Shown one piece after another: positions 36,952 to 43,324 of a stretch of DNA of 45,436 bases. The DNA is from a virus. Lineage: Duplodnaviria > Caudoviricetes. The stretch spans positions 1 through 45,436 of the IMG/VR virus record IMGVR_UViG_3300005805_006996; one strand, given 5' to 3'. The stretch's first letter is position 1. Every line of letters begins with the position of its first letter. Made by a program: the position numbers and the translations under genes. Below the pieces are notes generated by a model that was not told the DNA's origin, made no database searches, and was given only the letters and a program-made list of their open reading frames with translations.

Positions 36952-37101
36952 TATGGGATAGACGGTATGCTTGAGTCCCGAGCAGTCTAACATATCATGG
37001 GATATGTGACGAGCAAAGTGACTGTAAGGTAGATAAACTCGCATATACGAGACAATCCAACGAGGTCAGGTAACGCTGAATAGTTGGGCACCCGGCTCAT
37101 A
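36952..37101 (+). ncRNA. Unassigned ~150-nt structured RNA
   Basis: TATGGG/CTCATA ends; hairpins ACATATC/GATATGT, CTCG/CGAG, CCAAC..TCAG/CTGA..GTTGG. Confidence 0.45.
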
Positions 37102-37111
37102 TAAATATGAT

Positions 37112-37774
37112 ATGCTAAATCCAGTACATATAATTAACAATACTGATTCAGCCTCTATTCGAATTGGGCTTAAATTGTTACCTGCACAGCATAAGTATGC
37201 TATGCTCACCGATAAAGAAAAACTATTACTACTAACATTAGCTAAAACTATACCTAATAAGTCGGCTATAGTAGAAATAGGAACATATTTAGGAGGCAGT
37301 GCTAGTATACTTGCTCATGCAAATCCTAACAATAAAATTTTTTGTTTTGATACTTTCGATAAACAATTAGAAAATCGCATTTTAGATCCAGTATGGATTT
37401 CAGAAACTATCGGGCTTGGATCTATTCGTACTCTTGACAGTGTACAAGAAATTTTAAAAGAGTTTAAAAATATTAGACTAACAAAAGTTCCAACAAAACA
37501 TACTGTTATGGTTAATTGGCGAGCTCCAATTGATTTATATTTTGAGGATGGGAACCATACTGATCCGGTTCTTACTAAAAATATAATACATTGGTCATCC
37601 AATTTAAAGATAGGTGGCTTCATGGTATTACATGACTTTAGGCCGTATTTAGAAGTAGGATTTGGTAAACACCCAGATGTAGACCGAGCAGTAAATACGC
37701 TCATTAGGAATGATAAATGGAAATTCTGTGGTGTTGTTGATAGCACGGCAGTGTTTCAAAAATTAGAAATATAA
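37112..37774 (+). CDS. Class I SAM-dependent methyltransferase (Methyltransf_24-like)
   Basis: VEIGTYLGGSA, FDTF, DLYFEDGNH, GGFMVLHDF; TATAAATA upstream. Confidence 0.85.
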   Translation: MLNPVHIINNTDSASIRIGLKLLPAQHKYAMLTDKEKLLLLTLAKTIPNKSAIVEIGTYLGGSASILAHANPNNKIFCFDTFDKQLENRILDPVWISETIGLGSIRTLDSVQEILKEFKNIRLTKVPTKHTVMVNWRAPIDLYFEDGNHTDPVLTKNIIHWSSNLKIGGFMVLHDFRPYLEVGFGKHPDVDRAVNTLIRNDKWKFCGVVDSTAVFQKLEI

Positions 37775-37777
37775 ATT

Positions 37778-37852
37778 GGGGGCAGCAGTGGGCTGCGGCT
37801 GGGGCTTGCAACCTTAGTGTCTAGATGAGTTCGATTCTCACGGTCTCCACCA
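37778..37852 (+). tRNA. tRNA-Ala(TGC) with short D-arm
   Basis: G3-U70, A73, loop CT-TGC-AA, CCA. Confidence 0.75.
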
Positions 37853-37858
37853 ATCAAT

Positions 37859-37934
37859 GGGCCTTCGGCAGCTACAAGAGCGACCGGCGGAAACGCTTGC
37901 GGGCATTGACCGTAGCTGGTCATTGGGTCCACCA
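37859..37934 (+). ncRNA. 76-nt CCA-ending RNA with Ala-type acceptor stem but no D/T arms
   Basis: GGGCCT/GGGTCC-A-CCA (G1-C, G2-C, G3-U, A73); internal CAGCTAC/GTAGCTG stem. Confidence 0.55.
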
Positions 37935-37941
37935 AATATAT

Positions 37942-38036
37942 AGTGAGTTGACAGAGCCTGGCTTAATGTGCCTTCCTGCTAAGAAGTGCGCCGGCTAATA
38001 CCCGGCACGAGGGTTCGAATCCCTCACTCACTGCCA
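37942..38036 (+). tRNA. tRNA-Ser(GCT)
   Basis: Loop CT-GCT-AA, long variable arm, G73, CCA. Confidence 0.9.
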
Positions 38037-38041
38037 ATTTT

Positions 38042-38101
38042 AGGATGCTAACTGCAAATACAAGCATTTCACTGATAATGAAACCAAGCTCAATGCATCC
38101 T
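38042..38101 (+). ncRNA. Scaffolded anticodon-arm RNA 2 (Ile GAU)
   Basis: AGGATGC/GCATCCT, TAACTGCAA, TTTCA CT-GAT-AA TGAAA. Confidence 0.7.
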
Positions 38102-38112
38102 GTTATTTCAAT

Positions 38113-38186
38113 GGTGTCTTTAGTGTAGTGGTAGCAAACTTGACTGTGAATCAAGAGGCGAGGGTTCGATTCCCCAAGGCACCCCA
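38113..38186 (+). tRNA. tRNA-His(GTG)
   Basis: G-1:C73, loop CT-GTG-AA, CCA. Confidence 0.88.
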
Positions 38187-38196
38187 AACAATTTAT

Positions 38197-38273
38197 GCCC
38201 CAGTAACTCAGTGGACTAGAGTACTGTGCTACGAACGCAGGAGTCGGAGGTTCGAATCCTTCCTGGGGTGCCA
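38197..38273 (+). tRNA. tRNA-Arg(ACG)
   Basis: Canonical cloverleaf, loop CT-ACG-AA, CCA. Confidence 0.93.
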
Positions 38274-38280
38274 AACATAT

Positions 38281-38358
38281 GCGGGTAGATTGCGGCAAGG
38301 GGCGCCCAGCAGTCTTCCAAACTGATAATGCGGAGTTCGACTCTCCCTACCCGCTCCA
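38281..38358 (+). tRNA. tRNA-Gly(TCC), irregular D-arm
   Basis: GCGGGTA acceptor, U73, loop CT-TCC-AA, CCA. Confidence 0.8.
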
Positions 38359-38363
38359 CTTTT

Positions 38364-38423
38364 AGGATGCTAACTGCAAAATTATTTTTTTACTTTTATT
38401 GGAAAAAGCAAAAAATGCATCCT
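38364..38423 (+). ncRNA. Scaffolded anticodon-arm RNA 3 (Lys UUU)
   Basis: AGGATGC/GCATCCT, TAACTGCAA, TTTTA CT-TTT-AT TGGAA (two G-U pairs). Confidence 0.6.
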
Positions 38424-38433
38424 GTTATATATC

Positions 38434-38509
38434 GCTGATGTGGCACAGTCGGTAGCGCATTTCCTTGGTAAGGAAAAGGTCGCCGGTTCGATCCCGGCCA
38501 TCAGCACCA
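38434..38509 (+). tRNA. tRNA-Thr(GGT)
   Basis: Canonical cloverleaf, loop TT-GGT-AA, CCA. Confidence 0.93.
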
Positions 38510-38515
38510 ATTTAT

Positions 38516-38591
38516 GCCTAGTTGGAGTGAGAGGTTAACCGGCATCCTTACAAGATGTCTTATGCTGGTTCGAGTCCAGCACTAGGTACCA
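38516..38591 (+). tRNA. tRNA-Val(TAC)
   Basis: Loop CT-TAC-AA, weak D-arm, CCA. Confidence 0.8.
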
Positions 38592-38596
38592 GTTAG

Positions 38597-38705
38597 GGGA
38601 TACTCACAGCAAAACTATCCAAACGATAGGTTACTGGTTCGATTCCAGTATTACGCACATGCGTGATTAGCTCATAGGTAGAGCATTCGTCAAGAATAGT
38701 ATCCC
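38597..38705 (+). ncRNA. Circularly permuted tRNA (Gly-like) in CAGCAA scaffold
   Basis: Order is TCC-AA, anticodon 3' strand ACGAT, AGGTT, T-arm, acceptor 3' ATTACGC, ACAT linker, acceptor 5' GCGTGAT, TA, D-arm, A, TTCGT; closed by GGGATACT/AGTATCCC. Confidence 0.75.
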
Positions 38706-38714
38706 GTTTTATTT

Positions 38715-38842
38715 GGAGATGTGATGTAATGGTAGCATAGCACAGCAAAAACCGTATTCTGTTTTAGCATACGTGCAGCAACTCTATAGCTATCCCTCTG
38801 TAAAAGGGCTTGTCCGTGGTTCGAATCCCGGCGTCTCCACCA
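38715..38842 (+). tRNA. tRNA-Tyr(GTA)-like gene with ~53-nt insertion in the anticodon stem
   Basis: GGAGATG/CGTCTCC, D-arm, GC|insert with CAGCAA twice|CCT CT-GTA-AA AGGGC, T-arm, CCA. Confidence 0.6.
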
Positions 38843-38850
38843 AACACATT

Positions 38851-38926
38851 GTCCGGTTAGTTCAGCGGTATGAACGCTACCCTGACACGGTAGAGGTCAC
38901 TGGTTCGATCCCAGTACTGGACACCA
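38851..38926 (+). tRNA. tRNA-Val(GAC)
   Basis: Canonical cloverleaf, loop CT-GAC-AC, CCA. Confidence 0.93.
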
Positions 38927-38930
38927 AGGC

Positions 38931-38959
38931 TTGACAAATATTAGCAAGTCATATAGAAT
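38931..38959 (+). promoter_or_regulatory. sigma70 promoter
   Basis: TTGACA-17 nt-TAGAAT. Confidence 0.8.
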
Positions 38960-38986
38960 GAGTATATTCGATTAAAGGAGATTGAC

Positions 38987-39007
38987 ATGAAACGAGGTAA
39001 ACTCTAG
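38987..39007 (+). other. Minigene MKRGKL-UAG with strong RBS, followed by hairpin 39007-39043
   Basis: AAGGAG at 38975-80, ATG 38987, TAG 39005-07; GTGTCATCTTG/CAGGATGGCAC stem. Confidence 0.5.
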
Positions 39008-39070
39008 TGTCATCTTGAGACTCCGTATGGTCCAGGATGGCACGTTAAAGAAAACAAATAGTACGACCAT

Positions 39071-39145
39071 CCCAGAGAAACTTTGACGGTGAAGTCCTGC
39101 CTCTTAAGCAGAGAGAACTGAGTTCGAATCTCAGCACTGGGACCA
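39071..39145 (+). tRNA. tRNA-Lys(CTT)
   Basis: Loop CT-CTT-AA, one acceptor mismatch, CCA. Confidence 0.78.
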
Positions 39146-39148
39146 ATA

Positions 39149-39223
39149 CGGAGTATGGTGAAATGGTATCACAGCGGACTTTTAATCCGCCAATTCAGGG
39201 TTCGAATCCCTGTGCTCCGACCA
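39149..39223 (+). tRNA. tRNA-Lys(TTT)
   Basis: GCGGA CT-TTT-AA TCCGC, CCA. Confidence 0.92.
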
Positions 39224-39229
39224 AACTAT

Positions 39230-39305
39230 GCGGGTATAGCTCAGTTGGTAGAGCAGTAGACTTTTAATCTATTGGTCGTGGGTTCGAATCCCCCTGCCCG
39301 TACCA
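39230..39305 (+). tRNA. tRNA-Lys(TTT), second copy
   Basis: GTAGA CT-TTT-AA TCTAT, CCA. Confidence 0.92.
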
Positions 39306-39385
39306 TATAAAAACACATTCTAAAACATAACGATTTAGGATCATCAACGGATACTTTCAGCACATCCGCGAGTGTGTTTCTATAT

Positions 39386-39460
39386 GGTGATGTAGCATTA
39401 AGGTAATGTACCACCCTCATAAGGTGTCCTAAGGCGGTTCGATTCCGCCCATCACTACCA
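39386..39460 (+). tRNA. tRNA-Met/Ile2(CAT)
   Basis: Loop CT-CAT-AA, elongator-type acceptor, CCA; Met vs Ile2 not resolvable by eye. Confidence 0.85.
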
Positions 39461-39476
39461 AATTAAAGGAGATGAC

Positions 39477-39659
39477 ATGAAAACTGTATACTTTGAAAAT
39501 CCTAGAAACCACGAGAAATTTGAATGTCATGATTTAAAAGATGTACGAGTAATTGATGGCATCGAATATCTCAGAGTGTTTAAATTCGGAACGCAACGTG
39601 ATTGTCTTGTGCGTAAGGACCAATTGCGTAAGCTTAGTAAGAATGAAAAGCCGATGTAG
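39477..39659 (+). CDS. Small hypothetical protein overlapping tRNA-Phe 5' end
   Basis: AAGGAG RBS; TAG stop lies within the tRNA (GCCGATG-TAG). Confidence 0.7.
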   Translation: MKTVYFENPRNHEKFECHDLKDVRVIDGIEYLRVFKFGTQRDCLVRKDQLRKLSKNEKPM

Positions 39660-39725
39660 CTCAGTTGGTAGAGCAGCGGACTGAAAATCCGTGTGTCACT
39701 GGTTCGAACCCGGTCTTCGGCACCA
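39650..39725 (+). tRNA. tRNA-Phe(GAA)
   Basis: Canonical cloverleaf, loop CT-GAA-AA, CCA. Confidence 0.93.
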
Positions 39726-39826
39726 TGTGTCCAATTCTCTAGACTTTTACAGAAAAATTTTGTATAGTAACGTTATGCATACATGTTCTTGTGTGCTAAA
39801 CATTAACAGAGATTAGGACTTATTCA

Positions 39827-40663
39827 ATGAAAAAACACGTAAAAAACATTTTGGCTGCTACTATTATCGGTATGGCAAGTGCAGGCGCAATGGCTGACAC
39901 TAAACAGTGTAAGGTCGTTACACAGGGCCCCGGCGGTCTTACTGACCAGCTTTTTAGGATTATGGAAAAATATAATCCTGACTTTCAGGTTCAGTATAGG
40001 ATTTCTGGGTTTAACGTAACTCAAATTGATTTGCTAGAACAAGACAAGTCGTGGATGATGTTGTCCCCGCCTATTTTCTTTAGCAAACAAAATCCTCGCC
40101 CCAATCCTCCGATTGAGCAATTGAGGGTAGTTAGTTCTAGTAACGCTGCTATTGTTACAAACAAAGACTTGACTATCAAAGACTTTGCTGATAAGAAATT
40201 GAATGTAGGTATTCCGGCATTTGCTCAATACTCACACATTCTAGCACTCACGTTACAACAAAAGAATCCTGGTATCAACATTGTTCCGGTACCTGCTAAG
40301 GATGCTCCTGTTATATTGAAGAACGGTGATTTGGACGTATACATTCACACAGAACCAACAATTGACGTTATGGTAACTAATTTTGGTTTCAAGAAAATGG
40401 TTGTTGTTGCACCCGATGTACCAACAGATTTTAACGGAATCAAAACCCGTAGCTTGCATTTTAGTTCTATTTGGGTGCATAAAGATGCAACACCCGCACA
40501 AAAGCAAAATGCTATTAATTGTTTAGATAAACTTGCAACCAATCCTGCTTTCATCGAGGAGATTGCAAAAACAGGATCTACATCTAGGTTGACTATTTCA
40601 TCCGAAGAGCGTGATCGTTATCTAAATGATTTCAAAAATATGCTAAGGCAATGGGGTCATTAA
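39827..40663 (+). CDS. TctC/Bug-like periplasmic solute-binding protein (paralog of 32239-33057)
   Basis: Signal peptide ending AMA, GPGGLTD, NPPIE, KLNVGIP, DLDVY, VHKDAT..QK shared with the other copy. Confidence 0.72.
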   Translation: MKKHVKNILAATIIGMASAGAMADTKQCKVVTQGPGGLTDQLFRIMEKYNPDFQVQYRISGFNVTQIDLLEQDKSWMMLSPPIFFSKQNPRPNPPIEQLRVVSSSNAAIVTNKDLTIKDFADKKLNVGIPAFAQYSHILALTLQQKNPGINIVPVPAKDAPVILKNGDLDVYIHTEPTIDVMVTNFGFKKMVVVAPDVPTDFNGIKTRSLHFSSIWVHKDATPAQKQNAINCLDKLATNPAFIEEIAKTGSTSRLTISSEERDRYLNDFKNMLRQWGH

Positions 40664-40672
40664 AATAAAAAT

Positions 40673-40696
40673 AAACCGCTGATATCAGCGGTTTTT
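40673..40696 (+). terminator. Intrinsic terminator
   Basis: AAACCGCTG-ATAT-CAGCGGTTT-TT. Confidence 0.75.
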
Positions 40697-40700
40697 ACAT

Positions 40701-40790
40701 AGAGAGTTGCCTGAGAGGCTTAAGGGCGCACACTGGAAATGTGATGGTCGTGAAAGCGGCACGAGGGTTCGAATCCCTCACTCTCTGCCA
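40701..40790 (+). tRNA. tRNA-Ser(GGA)
   Basis: Loop CT-GGA-AA, long variable arm, G73, CCA. Confidence 0.9.
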
Positions 40791-40795
40791 ATTAT

Positions 40796-40903
40796 AGGAT
40801 GCACACAGCAAAACTTTAATGCCACCAACAATTTCGGCATGCCGTGCAAGTGGGCACCGTGGTTGAAATAGGGGTTCGATTCCCGGCTATACCACAGCAT
40901 CCT
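40796..40903 (+). ncRNA. Scaffold RNA 5 carrying T-arm/D-loop-like modules
   Basis: AGGATGC/GCATCCT, ACACAGCAA, hairpins TGCC/GGCA (x2, one with a GCAAGTG loop) and GGG TTCGATT CCC. Confidence 0.6.
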
Positions 40904-40916
40904 GTTTTACTACATT

Positions 40917-41004
40917 GGAAAGTTATCTAGGCTGGGCCTAGCACTGTCTCGAAAACAGATGGACTCAGTAATGGGTTAGAGTTCGATTCTCTAGCTTTCC
41001 TCCA
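40917..41004 (+). tRNA. tRNA-Ser(CGA)
   Basis: Loop CT-CGA-AA, long variable arm, irregular D-arm, U73, CCA. Confidence 0.75.
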
Positions 41005-41590
41005 GGATATATGGACGGAAATATTCTACCGCATCTGCCCAGTTAAGTATTAAATTTCCTCTGATACTAATGCAATGTCTAATGCTATGAGAGTGATTTA
41101 CAACTTGGTGCGGTACATCAATTCTTACTAACACTAGTTTGTTTTTTGGAAAAGTTAATTCTTCACTTACTTTTACTTGCCCGGGATCGTACATGATATA
41201 TGGAGAATCGGCATCGGTTATTCGTGATTTGCCGGCGTTGAATCTTGCAGGATAAAACCAGCGCATTGTTGAATGACTGTCACTGAACATGTAATTAAGT
41301 GCATAACTTTGAATTGGTTTTTTATTTATGTAAGTATCATAAGAAGTATCATCGTGAATTACTGATTTGGCTTTTGGATCACCTATAAATATTCTGGTCT
41401 GCATTCTAGGTTTTATGTTTAGAGTTTTGATGAAATCAAAAGCTTCAGTAGTAATGACCGTTGGTAAAAGCGGGTTTATAACAGTCCAAGCATACTCTAA
41501 ATTTTTTACATAGTTTTTAGGTGGTTGTACTTTGAGGTTTTCTCTAATAAAGGGACCGTGGTAATTTAAGATATAGTAATTTTTCAACAT
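40991..41590 (-). CDS. 2OG-Fe(II)/cupin-like oxygenase (tandem paralog A)
   Basis: IHDD...PHQVVN...RHCISIR. Confidence 0.65.
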   Translation of the reverse strand: MLKNYYILNYHGPFIRENLKVQPPKNYVKNLEYAWTVINPLLPTVITTEAFDFIKTLNIKPRMQTRIFIGDPKAKSVIHDDTSYDTYINKKPIQSYALNYMFSDSHSTMRWFYPARFNAGKSRITDADSPYIMYDPGQVKVSEELTFPKNKLVLVRIDVPHQVVNHSHSIRHCISIRGNLILNWADAVEYFRPYILEES

Positions 41591-41596
41591 TCTATT

Positions 41597-42184
41597 TTAG
41601 CTTCCGTTAACGAAGTGTGGGGAAAAGTAATCTACTGCATCTTCCCAATTTAATACAGGTTGTCCACGCATACTAAGACAATATCTGGTATTGTAAGAAC
41701 AATTTGTTACTTGGTGTGGTACATCAATTCGTACTAAAACTAATTTATTAATGGGAAAATCAATTTCTTCGTAAACCTTTAAACCCTTTTCAGATTCAAA
41801 TATCATATACGGACCACCTACGTTGTTCACACGTGGTGTAGCAACGTCAGGTCTGGCAGGATAAAACCATCGCATTTTAGCCTCAGTGTTAGTGAACACG
41901 TAGTTCAGTGCGTAACTCAAAACTGGTTTATTTTGTGATATCGTATCATATGCAGTATCCGTGTGAATTTTAGTACTTTTGCGAGGTTTGCCTACGTAGA
42001 TTCTACTGTCATACGCATGTTTAAATTTTAAATTTAAACGTATATAGTGTAATCCTTGTCTAGTTACCAAGCTCCACAATGGTGGGTTTAAAACAGACCA
42101 GTCTGTATCGTTTTTTTCAACATTAAGTTGCAGATTGTCACGAACAAATGGACCTTCATAGTCGAGTACATAGTAATTTTTCAT
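41597..42184 (-). CDS. 2OG-Fe(II)/cupin-like oxygenase (tandem paralog B)
   Basis: IHTD...PHQVTN...RYCLSMR; shares SYALNY, MRWFYPAR and NKLVLVRIDVPHQV with A. Confidence 0.65.
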   Translation of the reverse strand: MKNYYVLDYEGPFVRDNLQLNVEKNDTDWSVLNPPLWSLVTRQGLHYIRLNLKFKHAYDSRIYVGKPRKSTKIHTDTAYDTISQNKPVLSYALNYVFTNTEAKMRWFYPARPDVATPRVNNVGGPYMIFESEKGLKVYEEIDFPINKLVLVRIDVPHQVTNCSYNTRYCLSMRGQPVLNWEDAVDYFSPHFVNGS

Positions 42185-42196
42185 ATAGATATTTAT

Positions 42197-42283
42197 GCCC
42201 CGATGGACGAATGGGTAGAGTCACTGCGTTGAGGTCGCGGGTTAAGCGAATAGCTGGGAGTTCGAATCTCCCTCGGGGTACCA
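42197..42283 (+). tRNA. tRNA-Leu(GAG)
   Basis: Loop TT-GAG-GT, long variable arm, A73, CCA. Confidence 0.88.
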
Positions 42284-42286
42284 ATA

Positions 42287-42484
42287 ATTCAACATCCGAC
42301 CTAACGCAGGAAACTGAGGAAGTTCGGGACTTGTGGCAAGTGCGAGTAGGAGCGAAAGCGTTAATACTACCTTGATATAACAAGCAACACAAACAGAACT
42401 AGGCAACACTTGCGCTATTAGTTCGGGTTGTGGCAAAGACGAATGTTAGGATTGAAACAGAATCCCGGCTATGAGATGTTGAAT
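42287..42484 (+). ncRNA. rnpB: Minimal RNase P RNA
   Basis: P1 ATTCAACATC/GATGTTGAAT; P2 CCTAACG/TGTTAGG; P3 CAG-GAAA-CTG; CR-I GAGGAAGTTCGGG pairing with CR-V ACAGAATCCCGGCTA (P4 with bulged U); CR-IV AGACGAATG. Confidence 0.85.
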
Positions 42485-42487
42485 ATT

Positions 42488-42562
42488 CTCGCTGTAGTTC
42501 AATGGATAGAATAGTTCTCTCCTAAAGAATAGATGCAGGTTCGAATCCTGCCAGCGAGACCA
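42488..42562 (+). tRNA. tRNA-Arg(CCT)
   Basis: Loop CT-CCT-AA, CCA. Confidence 0.92.
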
Positions 42563-42564
42563 AC

Positions 42565-42593
42565 TTGACAAATAATGGTATTTGTTTTATAAT
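42565..42593 (+). promoter_or_regulatory. sigma70 promoter
   Basis: TTGACA-17 nt-TATAAT (perfect consensus). Confidence 0.85.
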
Positions 42594-42601
42594 CTAATCA
42601 T

Positions 42602-42676
42602 GGGACATTAACTCAGTGGAAGAGTCTTGGTCTTCGAAACCAAAGGTCGGAGGTTCGAATCCTCTATGTCCCTCCA
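42602..42676 (+). tRNA. tRNA-Arg(TCG)
   Basis: Loop CT-TCG-AA, U73, CCA. Confidence 0.88.
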
Positions 42677-42727
42677 ACAGGACGTTAAATAATGTGACAG
42701 ACATTTGATTTATTGAAAGGAGCGAAA

Positions 42728-43288
42728 ATGGCTGTTCTAGCACTTGATATCGCAGGAACTCCTCGGCAATGGATTTCCTACAACGATGCAATTAGTTATC
42801 ATGGTAGAAAAGCCGTGGCTTGGAGTCTAGGTGAAATCGTAGCACGATATCGCGGAGGCTTCCAAAAAGATGGTCGCCAAAGCTATCTAGAAACTACAAG
42901 CATCATCGCCATCAAAGGTCATGCGTTTGACCCGAGTAAACATGCACAAGTTGCACTAAGCAACCGAACACTGTTCGGTCGTGACCGTAACGTGTGTGCA
43001 TACTGTGGTGGACATTTTCCTAACTACAATCATCTTAGCCGAGACCACATTGTGCCTAAAAGCCGCGGTGGACTTAACACTTGGATGAACGTTGTTACAG
43101 CCTGTAAGGAATGTAACAGCTACAAGGGAAGCAAAACGCTTAAGGAAGCACGTATGGAACTTCTATATCTTCCTTATGTTCCTAACCACTTTGAAAACAT
43201 GATTCTGCAAAACCGTAATATTATTGCAGATCAAATGGAATATCTGCTAGCAGGTGTTCCGAAGCATAGTAGGATTCTACTCTCATAG
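42728..43288 (+). CDS. HNH endonuclease (McrA-like)
   Basis: RDRNVCAYCG, DHIVPKSRGG, W.NVVTACKECN; AAGGAG RBS. Confidence 0.93.
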   Translation: MAVLALDIAGTPRQWISYNDAISYHGRKAVAWSLGEIVARYRGGFQKDGRQSYLETTSIIAIKGHAFDPSKHAQVALSNRTLFGRDRNVCAYCGGHFPNYNHLSRDHIVPKSRGGLNTWMNVVTACKECNSYKGSKTLKEARMELLYLPYVPNHFENMILQNRNIIADQMEYLLAGVPKHSRILLS

Positions 43289-43293
43289 GAAGA

Positions 43294-43319
43294 AATCATG
43301 CGGGGAAACCCGCATGATT
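43294..43319 (+). terminator. Strong hairpin after HNH gene (terminator or processing site)
   Basis: AATCATGCGGG-GAAA-CCCGCATGATT; no clear U-tract. Confidence 0.5.
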
Positions 43320-43324
43320 ATTAA

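Noticed and set aside
37778-37852. tRNA-Cys(GCA)
   Set aside because: The loop register gives TGC, and G3-U70 with A73 indicates Ala.
37963-38325. ORFs overlapping tRNA genes (also 36838-37044 and 42148-42791)
   Set aside because: Shadow frames of tRNA and RNase P sequences.
35947-40903. AGGATGC...GCATCCT repeats as a CRISPR array
   Set aside because: Copies are dispersed among tRNAs, the conserved parts flank a structured interior rather than alternate with spacers, and no cas gene is visible.
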